From positions 72,599,761-72,663,760 of the forward strand of contig NC_068981.1 of assembly GCF_001194135.2 (NCBI RefSeq): a stretch of 64,000 bases of DNA. The letters are read 5' to 3'. Source of the stretch: Octopus bimaculoides (Eukaryota). The translations under genes were made by a program, and so were the position numbers. The notes under the pieces are model-generated. The model did not search any database. It saw only the letters and a list, made by a program, of their open reading frames with translations, and was not told the origin of the DNA. This document shows, piece after piece, positions 13,309 through 26,559 of the stretch (the stretch's first letter is position 1; each line of letters opens with the position of its first letter).

Positions 13309-13410
13309 CAGGTCACTGCTTGGAATCGAATTCGGATTCTTGGAGTTAGTAGCCATAATTGCCCACGGGCCTATGGTGTCGCGGCTAACCACGACGCCAT
13401 AGGCCCGTGG
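13309..13410 (-). promoter_or_regulatory. tRNA-like head with Pol III A-box- and B-box-like motifs, interrupted by an inverted duplication
   Basis: Minus strand GGGCCTA-TGGCGTCGTGGTTAG (A-box-like)...GG-CTACTAA-CT (anticodon-loop-like)...CCGAATTCGATTCC (B-box-like)...CAGTGACC, then (AAT)n. Confidence 0.65.
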
Positions 13411-13435
13411 GTAATTATGGATTGAATTTTAGGGC

Positions 13436-14911
13436 TTATAAATCTAATATTTTTCTATCCTTCCTTAATACCGGTTCCCATATGCTGCTCATATCTGCAC
13501 TCGGTCTGCTTAGGAGGTTGTTGTGTCCTAGCATATGTGCTGCTTCTTTTAGTTTTCGTACTTTCCAGTAGTGTTCTCTGTCTATTATTTTAACTTCAGC
13601 CCACAGGGGGAGGTGGTCCACATTTTTCCATACATGATCAGCTATACCCGATTTCCTCGTGTCACTGCTTTGCGATGTTCGTCTACCCCTATTTTGAGGG
13701 GCGGCATGTTTCGCGTTTGTATAACCTATCACAGCTGCATGGGATGGAGTACACGCAGTTTTTGGTCAAGTTCTCTTCTATTGGTGGTTTTACCCGAAGG
13801 AGATATTTGCGAAGTGTCTTGAATACTGTCCTGATGTCATATGGGCCGCATATCTTTTGTATTTTTTCGGAGAGGCCTTCCACATAGGGTAGACAAACTG
13901 TGAACAGTTTATTGGTTTCATCCTCTCATTGTTTCATAATTGGAGTGGATAGTATGTTTTTGGGGTAGTTGTTGCTGAATAGATTGTTACTGAGCTTGAT
14001 CATTTCTTCGTGGCGGGTATCACGATCGCTACTTATATTTTTTGCTCAATGTTTTAGGCACTAAGCAATCCCTCTCTTTACACTGTATGGATGGTGGGAA
14101 CTGAAGCTGAGGTATCGTCCAGTGAAGGTCGGCTTGCGGTATACGGATGTCCTGAATCCATACTTGGTGCGTGTTATTAATACGTCCAGGAATGCCAGCT
14201 GATTATCTTTTTCCTTTTCCACTGTGAACTGTATGGATGGCTTTATTGAGCTCACATGATCTAACAGCACTTGGACATCTTCCTGGTAGGCCCAGAGTAT
14301 TTAGGTGTCATCAACATATCGCAGCCATAGGGTCGATTTTAGTGTTGATCCTAATGCTAAATTCTCAAAGTATTCCATGTATATATTGGCTACTATCTGT
14401 GATAATGGCAAACCCATAGCTAAACCCTCTTCATGTCGATATATATTAGTGTCCATACTGAAGTAGGTAGTTTCTACACAGACGATCAAAATTTCCATCA
14501 AGTTTCTTATTGGTATATTAGTGCGTTCTTTTAGATGGATATCTGTCACTAGTTTCTCTTGAATAACCGATAGTTGGGACTTTGGTGAACAGACTCACAT
14601 CTAGACTCACCATTTGGTTGGATTCAATGGAGATATCCTTGATCAATGTGAAATGGGTGGAATTCTTCACAAACGATGTTGATTGACTTTCCTGCTAATG
14701 GACTAATTATGTCCACAAGGAAGCGGCTCAGTGGATGACATGCTGAACCTCTACAGCTCACTATAGGTCTTAATGGAATACCATCCTTGTGAATCTTAGG
14801 AAGACCGTACATGTTTGGTAGTTTACTGTAGTGTTGAGTCAGTTGTCTGTGCTTCATTGGTGTAAAGTGATCCTTGTTCTTGATCAGGATCTGTGACAAC
14901 TTCCTCTCTGT
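13436..14911 (-). pseudogene. PLE reverse transcriptase + GIY-YIG endonuclease, frameshifted
   Basis: Motifs YGLPKIHKDGIPLRPIVS, SLFTKVP, GLAMGLPLSQIVANIYME, WLRYVDDT, FTVEKEKDNQLAFLDV, VYRKPTFTGRYL, CVYSIPCSCDRLY, SGIADHVW, RKLKEAAH, in PLE order. Confidence 0.95.
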
Positions 14912-15689
14912 TGTGTTACCAACAAACAATCTGAGGACAAATATCCGTCAAATGTATATAATGTAAATAATGTACATAATTCCTCATCTCTATAATATAG
15001 AACAGTATTATCTAATTGCATGTTCAGCATCTAATGGACATGCATATTCATAATGTGTGTGCTTTGTTTATTTGGTATCCCAGATTTGTATATTTAACTG
15101 GGAATTCAATTAATTTTGGGTGTTGCCGTTTACGGGCTGCCATAAATATACGTGTTATATACATTTTGAAACCTTTGCGAAAAATTGCCGATCTTTTCAG
15201 TGACGTTTGTAAAATTGCCATACCTTTCAATGTCATATTGTCAGTGTAGAGATCCGTGATGCGACAATTTATAAACGACTATATTGGGATCTGAGAAATT
15301 CTATTCCTCGTGCTCTTTCTCTTTGTGTTGTAAACCATGGAGCAAGATTTTGGAGATTCTTCCACGTATAGATATATGTCAGGATATCATTCCTGCTAGC
15401 GTTCCAAAGAGTAGACACGCAATGCGTGGTGGAGTATCCGTTAATTCCGGAATAAGCCATTGGATATTTCTGATAAATATTATTTACAATGTCTACAAGT
15501 GGTAGGCAAAAAACAGGCTGTACATGAAAATATTAAAAGCACGCGTTCGGGCACACAGAATATCCTTATTCTTTAGATACATACATACATACATACATAC
15601 ACATATATATATATATACATACATGTTCACACTAGAACAAAATACATAAGCGTGTGTGTATGCATGTGTGTGTACATATACATATAAAT

Positions 15690-15775
15690 TTATATACTCT
15701 TTTATTTGTTTCAGTCATTTGACTGCGGCCATGCTGGAGCACCACCTTTACAATCTATCTATACACACCCACACA
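15690..15775 (-). mobile_element. SINE 3' tail fragment (family of 19983-20398)
   Basis: TTTCAGTCATTTGACTGCGGCCATGCTGGAGCACCACCTTTA is antisense to 20330-20375. Confidence 0.8.
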
Positions 15776-16636
15776 TTACCGCACCCACATATGCGTATGT
15801 TTGTGCATGTATGTATGTATGTATGTATGTATGTATGTATGTGCTCTATGTGAGAGTGTCTCTGTGTCTGTGTTTGTCCCCCACCTCCGTTTGACAACCG
15901 GTGCTGGTGTCTTTACACCCTTAAATTAGCAGTTAGATAGAGAGATAGATGCTACATACAATCCCAAACTTCGAAAACGTTCTCAAACTTTTTCTTCAAA
16001 ATTTTCATATATGTATATATCCACACTGCTGAAAAGTATTGCCTCATCCTTTTGTGTAATGTTCACTTGTTTTTCTATGTAAGTTGTCGTAAAAGTAAGT
16101 ATGTAAACCAAATATAAAAATTCTGTATAACTAAAAAATGAAACATTATACACTCAACAGATAACATCCTAAACATTAGAGATGAAATCTTCTCTCCTTG
16201 CATACACAAACAATATTTTACATCTAGGATAGCCCATTTCCTAGACGTGAACACAAATAGTACATAGACTTCACACAAAGAAGAAATATGCTCCAATGAA
16301 AAACTACCTCACCACACAAGTATAAGAACACCATGCCCAGAACGAAAACAAAATCATGCAAAATAATACAAAGAAATTGATCACAAAAAATTTGCTCAAA
16401 AGAAAAATTCAAGGGAAACAAACATAAAAAATATGCCACTCAAGAGTAACGTCCCTTGATTCATTGAATTTACGAGAAACTCCGTGAACGAAGCGAGACT
16501 GTTTTCCATGTGATCGGCTTAAAAAATTACTACTTTTCTTAACATGAAACCAATGGTAGCCTTAATTCACAAATAAAAAAATTATACCCACTAATGCGCG
16601 GTGTTGAGCACTCATTTCCATCGTTCAACATTTACG

Positions 16637-16671
<35 letters not shown>

Positions 16672-16687
16672 CACACACACGCACACA

Positions 16688-16742
<55 letters not shown>

Positions 16743-16934
16743 TCATCTGTCTGTCTGTTAGTCTGTCTATATATGCATTTATGTGTGTTTGTATACATGT
16801 AATTGCGAAAGTATATTGCATTAGTTATAATGTAGTTCTGTGCATTCTGTAAGTAACTGGTGACATCAGGCAACCATGTAGTATTGGGAATTCAACTTTG
16901 TTCTATATTCATAATACGTACCTACATGTATGTA

Positions 16935-17015
<81 letters not shown>

Positions 17016-17581
17016 GCATTTGTACGTTTGTGTGTACACATGTATGTATGTTTGTACGTAAATTTCAAAGTCTGGATATGTAGGTAAAGTAACAATGATA
17101 ATCAGCTTACTGCGTGTTTGTAGTTTGTTGACCCACTCGGTATTCAATATAATGAAACTGAATCTCATCACAAAAAAAACGTATCTTAGTGGAACATGTA
17201 TTCCATATCACAGATTACTGTAAAAAATATCTTGCATTGTATTACATAAATAGGAAGCATGCTTTGTGTAAGAAAAGCAAATTGAATCTCTTAAGGCATT
17301 TTTCTTACATAGACTGATTTGTACATCTAACTTTAAATTGTATTAGAAAGTAAGTCAGTAAGGTACCACTTTTAGTGTTCACGAGTTCTTTTAAGAAATG
17401 CTTGTTTTGAACAGTATAGCTTGCTGACAGTTATTTGACTTTGTCTCCAAGCACAGTTCATGGAGTCAGAATTTTCATTGTCACAAGCCCGTTATATTTA
17501 ACATCAGTCTTAGCTTTTCGTATTTGGTCGGTATTTATCTACCTCACTATTATTTAGCATAAAGCCTGAGTTAACACTGTA

Positions 17582-17812
17582 CAGGGTGAGTCAAAAGTCA
17601 CGCACAAAATAAGTTCAATACACTCCGGAATTATCAAAGACATATTTTAATTTTTCTAAATTTGAATAAAATAAATAAAATTATGATGAATACTAACGTA
17701 CTTGTACATGATGAACAAAATCAATAATGATAATTATAATAATTATAATAGTAACAACGTAATATGTATAAAATGTGAAACGTTTTGGTGCCTGACTTGT
17801 TGGCTCACCCTG
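17582..17812. mobile_element. Tc1/mariner-type MITE, 231 bp
   Basis: TIRs CAGGGTGAGTCAAAAGTC / GACTTGTTGGCTCACCCTG, with TA on both sides (17580-81, 17813-14) and an AT-rich non-coding core. Confidence 0.85.
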
Positions 17813-18225
17813 TATTTCAATTTTTTTTTAATATTTGCGTTCAGTTGACATTTAAACGCTTCTATGCTCAGGAATAATTTCTTTCGATTTTTGCTTTCAC
17901 GCCAAGACTAAATACACATTTGAGATTGGATTGTTTTGTTAAGCATAGTTGTGATGGGAATGCGAACTAAAATAAAACATGTCGCGAGAACTGTCGAGCA
18001 AGAATTAATCTGTAATACTTCAATTCTTGGTTGAGCGCTATCCAGTCTAATTATGTCACTAAAAATTTCAGGAAATTCATAAACATCATGTGTCGAGTAC
18101 ATGATGAAGACTTAACGTGGTTGCTTTATCTATTAGTAATAGCTGCCAAATACCCTTCAATGGATACTGTCTTGCTAACGATTTCTTTTGAATAATCTAG
18201 TCCGGCGTACACTATTAGTCGAAAA

Positions 18226-18613
18226 TGTTGTTGTTGGCAATTCGTCGCTTACGACGTCGAGGGTTCCAGTTGATCCGATCAACGGAACAGCCTGCTCTTG
18301 AAATTAACGTGCAAGTGGCTGAGCACTCCACAAACACGTGTACCCTTAACGTAGTTCTCGGGGAGATTCAGCGTGACACAGTGTGACAAGGCTGACCCTT
18401 TGAATTACAGGCACAACAGAAACAGGAAGTAAGAATGAGAGAAAGTTGTGGTGGAAGAGTACAACAGGGTTCGCCACCATCCCCTGCCGGAGCCTCGTGG
18501 AGCTTTAGGTGTTTTCGCTCAATAAACACTCACAACACCCGGTCTGGGAATCGAAACCGCGATCCTATGACCGCGAGTCCGCTACCCTAACTACTGGGCC
18601 ATTGCGCCTCCAC
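18226..18613 (-). mobile_element. Full-length tRNA-derived SINE
   Basis: Minus strand GTGGAGGCGCAATGGCCCAGTAGTTAGGG (A box)...GGTTTCGATTCCCAGACCGGG (B box), ~390 bp, ending in a (CAA)-type tail. Confidence 0.9.
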
Positions 18614-19599
18614 ATTAGTCAAAAATAAACAGACGATAAGTGTCATGACCTGAATGCTTTTGATCGTAGGTCTGTTTGATCAACGTTGATTTGGTGTTAA
18701 ACGGTTTCAATGGTGCGCACAATACTATATACTGTCAAATTCTCTATCCATCCATGCATGCATCCATCCATCCATCCGTCCGTCCATCCGTCCGTCCATC
18801 TTCACCGCTTGCACGGCGATTATTAATTTTATGAAGTAATTAGTGACGGAACCAGACTGAATAGCGTTCAACCTAGGATAGAAGTATTATAGATAAATTC
18901 TTGCTCAGCAGTTCTCATCACATTCCTGAGAGGATCGTGATGGGTAGAAACCTCCAGAGACTGATATCAGAAGTAAACGTCAGCAAATTACCCGGTCGTA
19001 TCATTCCCCGTCATCTAAAATGAAATCTGTTATGCATCATTAGACATATCTAGTAGTTATCATAACTATACATTATTGAATATTGTGCATTAGCATCCTT
19101 TGTTGAAAACATTGTGAATAAAAACAAACAAACAACCCAAAATACTTTCAGCCATCGAATATAAAACGGTATCCAAGTTATTAATCAATGATTTAGGTTT
19201 TATTTTGATAATTTATTGTAAAGAAAAATCAGTCAATTCTTCGAAGTCTGGTTTAATAGTATCGCTTTGCTCTATGCTGTCCTTAGCGGAGTTCAGTTTG
19301 TAGCAAGTATTCAAAACCAGAGCCTCCGGTATTCATTGACCTAGATGAGCATCAGCCGTATCAGTCTGGAAGGACCTGCAAAACTGAAGGGCAGTGTTCC
19401 ATTTATTTCATAAAAATTTATAGCTACAAATTTTCTTATATATATGGTTTTTGTTAGAAATTTAGAATAAGTAGCAGACTTGAACGCCTGGACTGATATG
19501 ATCGACTAAACCCTTTAATGTGGTTCTCGAGTGTGGTCCCAGCCCAATAAGATACTTAAAGCATTAAAAACATATGTGTGCACATATGCACGCGCGCTT

Positions 19600-19634
<35 letters not shown>

Positions 19635-19644
19635 TATACATACA

Positions 19645-19768
<124 letters not shown>

Positions 19769-19982
19769 TGTATATGTATATACAAAACAAACGCACACAC
19801 ATTAATACGACATACTTTCAGTCAATCACATTTCACGCACAAGGCATTAATCGACAAGAGGTTGTTTGGTAGAAAGCATTTTCCTAAGGTGATGAACATT
19901 CAAGCAACCTGGAAAACTAATAAAGTGAACTTCATTATTCTTAAGAGAAAACATTCATTTAATTCAATACTTATGAAATATA

Positions 19983-20398
19983 GGCGCAGGAGTGGCTGTG
20001 TGGTAAGTAGCTTGCTTACCAACCACATGGTTCCGGGTTCAGTCCCACTGCGTGGCATTCTGGGCAAGTGTCTTCTACTATAGCCTCGAGCCGACCAAAG
20101 TCTTGTGAGAGGATTTGGTAGATGAACACTGAGAGAAGCCCGTCGTATATATGTATATATATGTATATATGTGTATGTGTGTTTGTGTTTCTATGCTTGT
20201 CCCCCCACCATCGCTTGACAACCGATGCTGGTGTGTTTACGTCCCCGTAACTTAGCGGTTCGGCAAAAAGAGACCGATAGAATAAGTACTAGGCTTACAA
20301 AGAATAAGTCCTGGGGTCGATTTTATCGACTAAAGGCGGTGCTCCAGCATGGCGGCAGTCAAATGAGTGAAACAAGTAAAAGAGTAAAAGAGTAAAAG
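19983..20398 (+). mobile_element. Full-length tRNA-derived SINE with internal (TA/TG) microsatellite
   Basis: GGCGCAGGAGTGGCTGTGTGGTAAG...CCGGGTTCAGTCCC head; GTAAAAGA-repeat tail; fragments also at 12560, 15690 and 43722. Confidence 0.92.
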
Positions 20399-20403
20399 TG
20401 TAA

Positions 20404-20615
20404 GGCGGTGAGATGGCAGAATCGTTTGCACGCCGGGCGAAATGCTTAGCCGTATTTCGTCTGTCTTTACGTTCAGAGTTCAAATTCCGCCAAGGTCGAC
20501 TTTCATCCTTTCGGAGTCGATAAATTAAGTACCAGTTGCGTACTGGTGTCGATCTAATCAACTGGACCCTTCCTCAAAAATTTCGGGCCTTGTGCCTAGA
20601 GTAGAAAAGATTAAT
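20404..20615 (+). mobile_element. tRNA-derived SINE, second family
   Basis: GGCGGTGAGATGGCAGAATCG...GAGTTCAAATTCC (B box); other copies at 1965, 8848, 11401, 44101 and 57918. Confidence 0.9.
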
Positions 20616-21146
20616 AATTATTAAAGTTTTAATAGAATATATTATAATATCATATATTACATATAGCTCAAAAGCCGCCCGATAAGGGGGCTTTTAAGTT
20701 AGCTCTTGTGGAAGGCTCTACATTCGGCCTTGAGCCCAATAATGACACTTCATGCATTGAGTACACATTATATTTTATTAAACTTGACCAATATTTTTCA
20801 AGCAATGACCAATTTTCGACAAAACAATGATATAAATTGTTGACTTGGAACTTATTGCAAAGCTTCATGATAAACAACATCTTTTGTCTTCCCATTCGGG
20901 CGACAGTACAATTCTTTTTTCTGCCTAACCTCTTTCTTTCTGTTGATTGTTTTCAACCATCACCATCACCAGTACCACCACCAGCGCCACCACAACTGCC
21001 ATACGCCATTCAGACTTCTGACGATACCACCATCAACGCCTTTGACTCGCCGCCTCCCCCTCCACCACCATCACTGTCTTTCACATCCCTTACTATCACC
21101 ATCATGCTTGACCGCCTCAGCTACCAGCAGCAGCAGTAGCAGCGGC

Positions 21147-21177
<31 letters not shown>

Positions 21178-21242
21178 CCANNNNNNNNNNATCACCATCA
21201 TGCTTGACCGCCTCAGCTACCAGCAGCAGCAGTAGCAGCGGC

Positions 21243-21299
<57 letters not shown>

Positions 21300-23387
21300 A
21301 CCATCGCCTCCGCCTCTACCACAACTACAGCTCATACTATTACTATCATCCCGTTAGCAGCTCAATTGTCAATCTACTACCGCCCTTACCGTCTCTATGC
21401 CTACTATTACTCTCACCCCAGCAAGAGGAGAAATTCATTTTGACATTTATTATTATAGATTATAAAGTTATTTGTGTTAAGCACGGTAATAATAATTTTA
21501 TGAATAAGTTAGATTGTACTACTTTAGATGACACCTATTAAAATCTAAATCCAAAATAATATGGCGATTATTTGCTACATCAATAATTCTAAAAATGGAT
21601 AAATGTCGTAACCTAAACAAACTGTGATAGTCATCCTTACTTTGAGTCGCTGGAACCTGTCAAAAAAATGCAAATATTTCCACAGGTGTCTTCTCTTTGT
21701 GTGTCGTTTTAAATTACATCAAATACAACAGAAGTCCATAAGTAGAAAAATCATTAATGCTAATACTTTCAGCGGTGGCTTTATAGATCTTTGGAGCATT
21801 TGTTGGCTGTATACCTCATTAGTGACTAAGCCATCACTAAGTGTGTTCCCAGTTTGGGGGTTATTGAATCCTATGCCCAATAGCCATCTGAAACTCTCAT
21901 CCAAGATGTCTGTTACATATCGTTATTAACTTCATTGACATTAACCACATTGCTCAGCCGAGATTATTGCTAGAAATATCAGGTGTGAGTAAAGATATAG
22001 AACGAGTTAACTGGACTAATCAAAATTAGCTAGCCATAGAGTGAAGTTATCACTCTCGCTGAAGTTTATAAATAAATGTGAACTGAAATACAGAAGAAAT
22101 AAGGCTGATGAGAATATGTGGTTACCTTTTGTGTCAAGAAACATTAGTAGTAGTAAAGGTGACAGTAATACCTTTTAGAAACGTGAATCCCTTGATAGGT
22201 ATTTATCATCAGTTTCTGCAGTTTGAAGTGGATAAAAGACATCTCTTGAATACATCACTCTATAGAAAAACTGAACTCAGCAGTGTAGGTTAGCGAAATA
22301 TCATTGAGTTCCTAGTATGGTGACTTCCTAATTGAAAGAAAGAGTAAATATTTGGAATATATCTTGTAAATACACATTTTTTGTTTTGTATCCTGTGCAC
22401 ATTACTTCTCATTGAATTCACAATGGCATAAAAGCGCTACGAGCCACTGAATGTTTGTCCTTTTTGTGTGGAACTTTGTCGTTTTGGCAATCCAAATTCT
22501 CTATAAATAGTATGTAGGGAATTGAATAAATGACCTGCTTTTAATTGCAGTCTTGCCTAAATATTCCGTGTAATCGATTTGGTTATAAGAGATCAGTGAT
22601 ATACCTCACTACAACTCATTATAGTGTGAAACAAATGTAGCAATTTGCATCGATGTTAAGTATCTGTTTTGATTATTGGTGAATAACCAGAGTATTAAGT
22701 ATTACACGGATGTAATAGGTAATAATATAAGTAATAAGTATTATATAAATTATATGCACGTCTCCGCATATCCCTCTAGCTCTCATTAGTCAATGCGTGT
22801 AGAAGTCTTGGGTTGTATGAAAGGTTCTTTGCGACTAAATTATGTGCATTGCATACTGAATAAATATAAGTTTACTTCCTAATTATTAAATAATTTTAGG
22901 CGACTATAACTTCGTGTGCACATTAATTTCTCTTGGGCACTGGATGCAAAATCTGTACGAAAACACGTATCCACAGCTTAGGGGAGCGAGTCCTGTCCAT
23001 AGCAAATATGCAAAATAAATACTCCATCCTCTCTAAAGGTAATATTAAAAGAATGTAAGAAAGAAAGATAAAGAGATTTACTTTCGATTTCAGCATCGGA
23101 TGGCTAGTATTTTATTTGTCATTTTCCTGCTTATAGTACATTCATTCTGTGAATAGACTCGTCATTGCTGAGATTGTTAGCTATTATCTATCATACTTCA
23201 GGAATTTTATAGATTGTTGAACGTATGAATGTTATTGACATAAGGAACACTGAATAGTCTTACAACGCAGATTCCTAATGTTTATACAATTACTTCAAAC
23301 ATTTGAGAACATTATGACTGTATTATACGAATACTTCAGAGATTTAGAGTATAGTTTCTACAACTAATTCAACGGGCGATCCCCTCT

Positions 23388-23444
<57 letters not shown>

Positions 23445-23476
23445 GTGCATATATATATATAAATGTGCATATATTC

Positions 23477-23514
<38 letters not shown>

Positions 23515-23526
23515 GTGTGTGTGTTC

Positions 23527-23562
<36 letters not shown>

Positions 23563-23809
23563 ATATATATATATGTATGTATATATACATATATATATAT
23601 TTATATATATACATGCATATATTCTTATATATATGTAAATGTGCATATATTCATATATATATATATGTATGTATATATATACATATATATATTTATATAG
23701 ATTTATATATATATGCATATATTCTNNNNNNNNNNNNNNNNNNNNNNNNNNNNNNNNNNNNNNNNNNNNNNNNNNNNNNNNNNNNNNNNNNNNNNNNNNN
23801 NNNNNNNNN

Positions 23810-23842
<33 letters not shown>

Positions 23843-24358
23843 ATATATATTTATACATCCACTCATACAAACACCTAGACAGACACACACATACATATGT
23901 GGGTGTGTTGTACACATGTATGTGTTTGTAGTATTTAGCTACCATGTAAGTCACATGGCTGAGCATTGTAAACAAGTATTGATTTTTAAATATATAAGGA
24001 CAGCAAGATATTGCGAGTACAGCAATTCTACCTGTTCTCATGTTCATGTTTGTTCAACAGTGAATTTAACTAAACTTTTATAGTTCTACAGAATTGCACA
24101 ATAGATTGCATGAAATCACATAACAGTATTACTATTTCTATGGGGATATCTTCCGACAATCTGCACGGGTGTACCGGAACTTAAGGCCTATACGGTGAGA
24201 CTGGTGTGAAAATTCTCATTTTGTTTTCACATCATCCGCTGAGGAGACATCCGAGCTAAACTCATGAAACGCGACCTGGTCCAGAGTGAATAACATATTC
24301 ATATCGATTTGAGATATATATTTTTGAGGTATATTTTTATGTTACCATAAAAATGCCA

Positions 24359-24405
<47 letters not shown>

Positions 24406-24537
24406 CAAACATATATGTAAAGAGAGAGGGAGAGGGAAAGAGAAAGTGCGGAGAGGAGAAAGAGAGAGGTCTATGTATGTATGTATGTAAATACAGGTGT
24501 TTAAACACACACACCTATGCAACTATGTCTCATATAT

Positions 24538-24690
24538 TGATTTGTGGCACAATGCCACGCACTTTGAGTAGTTCCCATTTTATCGATCTCAGAAGAACGA
24601 AAGGCAAATTTGGCCTTGGTGTGATTCTAACTTGGAGCTTAAAGTGACATACCTCAATGACGAAGCCAAACGCAATTTGTCTATTGATAT
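24538..24690 (-). mobile_element. Degenerate SINE (family of 20404-20615)
   Basis: TTTGTGGCACAATGCC...TTTTATCGATCTCAGAAGAACGAAAGGCAAA resembles 11401 and 44101. Confidence 0.55.
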
Positions 24691-25120
24691 CGTTTCTGCC
24701 ATTCTCCACTCTCGTTGTGTGTAATTATATTCGTACGTTATAAAAGCAATGATCAGATCAGATGAACGGCTTTTTTTTTTATTCTCTTCGGAACTTTAAT
24801 AGCCTTTTTCGGTGTTCTCCCAATATTAATATTGCTTTCTCCCTCAGCTAGCTAGAAATATATGCCTTCAGTTCTTGTAAGTGTATTTCGTTGTTCGTCA
24901 ATGTCAAATTAATGGTGATAAGGGTATGATTTTTAATATTATTTATAAAAAAAAAAAAAGGTGGTGGATGACAGAAGCCTTCTGGTTTTTAGTTACATCC
25001 CTTGACGTTTTGAGTTTATACTCAACCAGGTTCGGCGTTACCTTTCATCTTTCTGATAAATAGAAAAGTCACACACATATTCTCATACATTTATACACAC
25101 ATTTCCATGAATGTACACTC

Positions 25121-25176
<56 letters not shown>

Positions 25177-26559
25177 TTATTAATATACATATATTTTTAA
25201 TATGCACACACACATACATACGTACATACATACGTACATACATACATATATGTATGTATATATATATATATATGTTGGTATGTATGTGTATAAATACATA
25301 CATATCTGCATTTGTGTATGTGTTCATGTATATTTAAATGTGCATGTACCAACTCACAAACATAAACCACATAGATTATAGTCGACCAGTTTTCTGTACC
25401 GTATACCAGTCACAGAGTGAAAGTCTAACAAACATTCGAAGATACAGATTTGCAATTATTCTATGCTTATGAAAAATAGTACGCTTATGGGATAAACGTT
25501 TCTAGATATCTATAGAATTTATTAAAGGATAAAGATTAAAGAAGTTAGTCAAAGAACACAGTTCTTAAATCTACTGTAAAGCTCATTACAATGCTAATAT
25601 AATTCAGATACCGAAAGCTGTGGAGTAGCAGGTATGATAGAATCCAGAGCTAAACTGTTTATTATATTTTGCTACAGTGGGGACGACTTTAATATTTGGC
25701 TTTATGCAATCGATAAAATAGATACCAATTAGAAAATGGACATAACCAATTATTTCTTAGCCCTAAAAGTTGCTATCCTTGGGTCAATGTGAGAAACGTT
25801 TGAAGCGCCATATGGCAAGGGAGATTGTATGGAGCAGAGTTAGAATCTTATTTATAACAATTTCGTTATATTAATGTCGCTCATGTCCTTAAGAAAAACG
25901 GGAAGCCGTACAATCTCTTTTTCCGTCTCTTATACATTTGCGAAAATGCATCTAAGTAATAAAAAAAAAAAAAAAAATTTTAAATCAATATTTCTGATGT
26001 TGTCTAAGCAAAGGAATTCTTCCTTGTTTTTCCTTTCTGTAAATGTACCAATCTTAGAACTGAAGCTGGTACAAATGAAATATTTTTGTGCAGATTCGTC
26101 ACTTCCATATTCTTCTCATTCCCCGAAAGTTGATCTATATGTCGATCCTATTTTTCAATTTGTGTTTATCCTATATTTCTTTTTTCGTACAATATATGGA
26201 AGGCAGAATTATCCAATTTGTTTTTCCATTTTAAACATCGAAGGAAGTGATCTGAGGATGATTTGATTACGAATTCTAAAATATGTTCACAACCTCACAT
26301 ACATACAAACAAACATCATCATATTGCAGCCTTCCACACTTTCTGAGATATGTTGCTGCATAACTATAACTTCTATATCAACCACTTTCAGATCTGTATC
26401 CAAACAAACTAAAAATCTCACCCCCACCAATCTATCTACTCTACCCTTTATACTAGTAATCCAAAAGAACACGATGCAAAATATAACATCAAACTCAACA
26501 TAAATATTACACACACACACGCGCACAACAAATGGAAATACTAGGGATAACGCAGAAAG

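Larger units (their letters stand above)
13141..15005 (-). mobile_element. Penelope-like retroelement, 5'-truncated, with terminal (pLTR-like) region at 13141-13435 and an inverted terminal segment at ~14910-15005
   Basis: RT and GIY-YIG pseudo-ORF in between; minus-strand AAACAAGACGGGGATAAATATCCGTCAAATGTA (~13145-13177) matches plus-strand AAACAATCTGAGGACAAATATCCGTCAAATGTA (~14924-14956). Confidence 0.92.

Noticed and set aside
20670-20695. AAAAGCC...GGCTTTT hairpin resembling a bacterial terminator or Helitron 3' hairpin
   Set aside because: Isolated; no upstream gene and no properly placed CTRR terminus.
21091-21275. Apparent ~80-bp direct duplication around a 10-N gap
   Set aside because: Identical sequence either side of a scaffold gap indicates an unmerged contig overlap.
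21719-21912. Minus ORF ending in a hydrophobic tail (LKVLALMIFLLMDFCCI*) as a GPI-type terminal exon
   Set aside because: Poor pyrimidine tract at the acceptor, no recognisable homology, and hydrophobic runs are expected in T-rich frames.
24240-24285. CTGAGGA...GAAACGCGA as a hammerhead
   Set aside because: Stem II overlaps the catalytic G, there is no U at position 16.1, and no stem I pairing.
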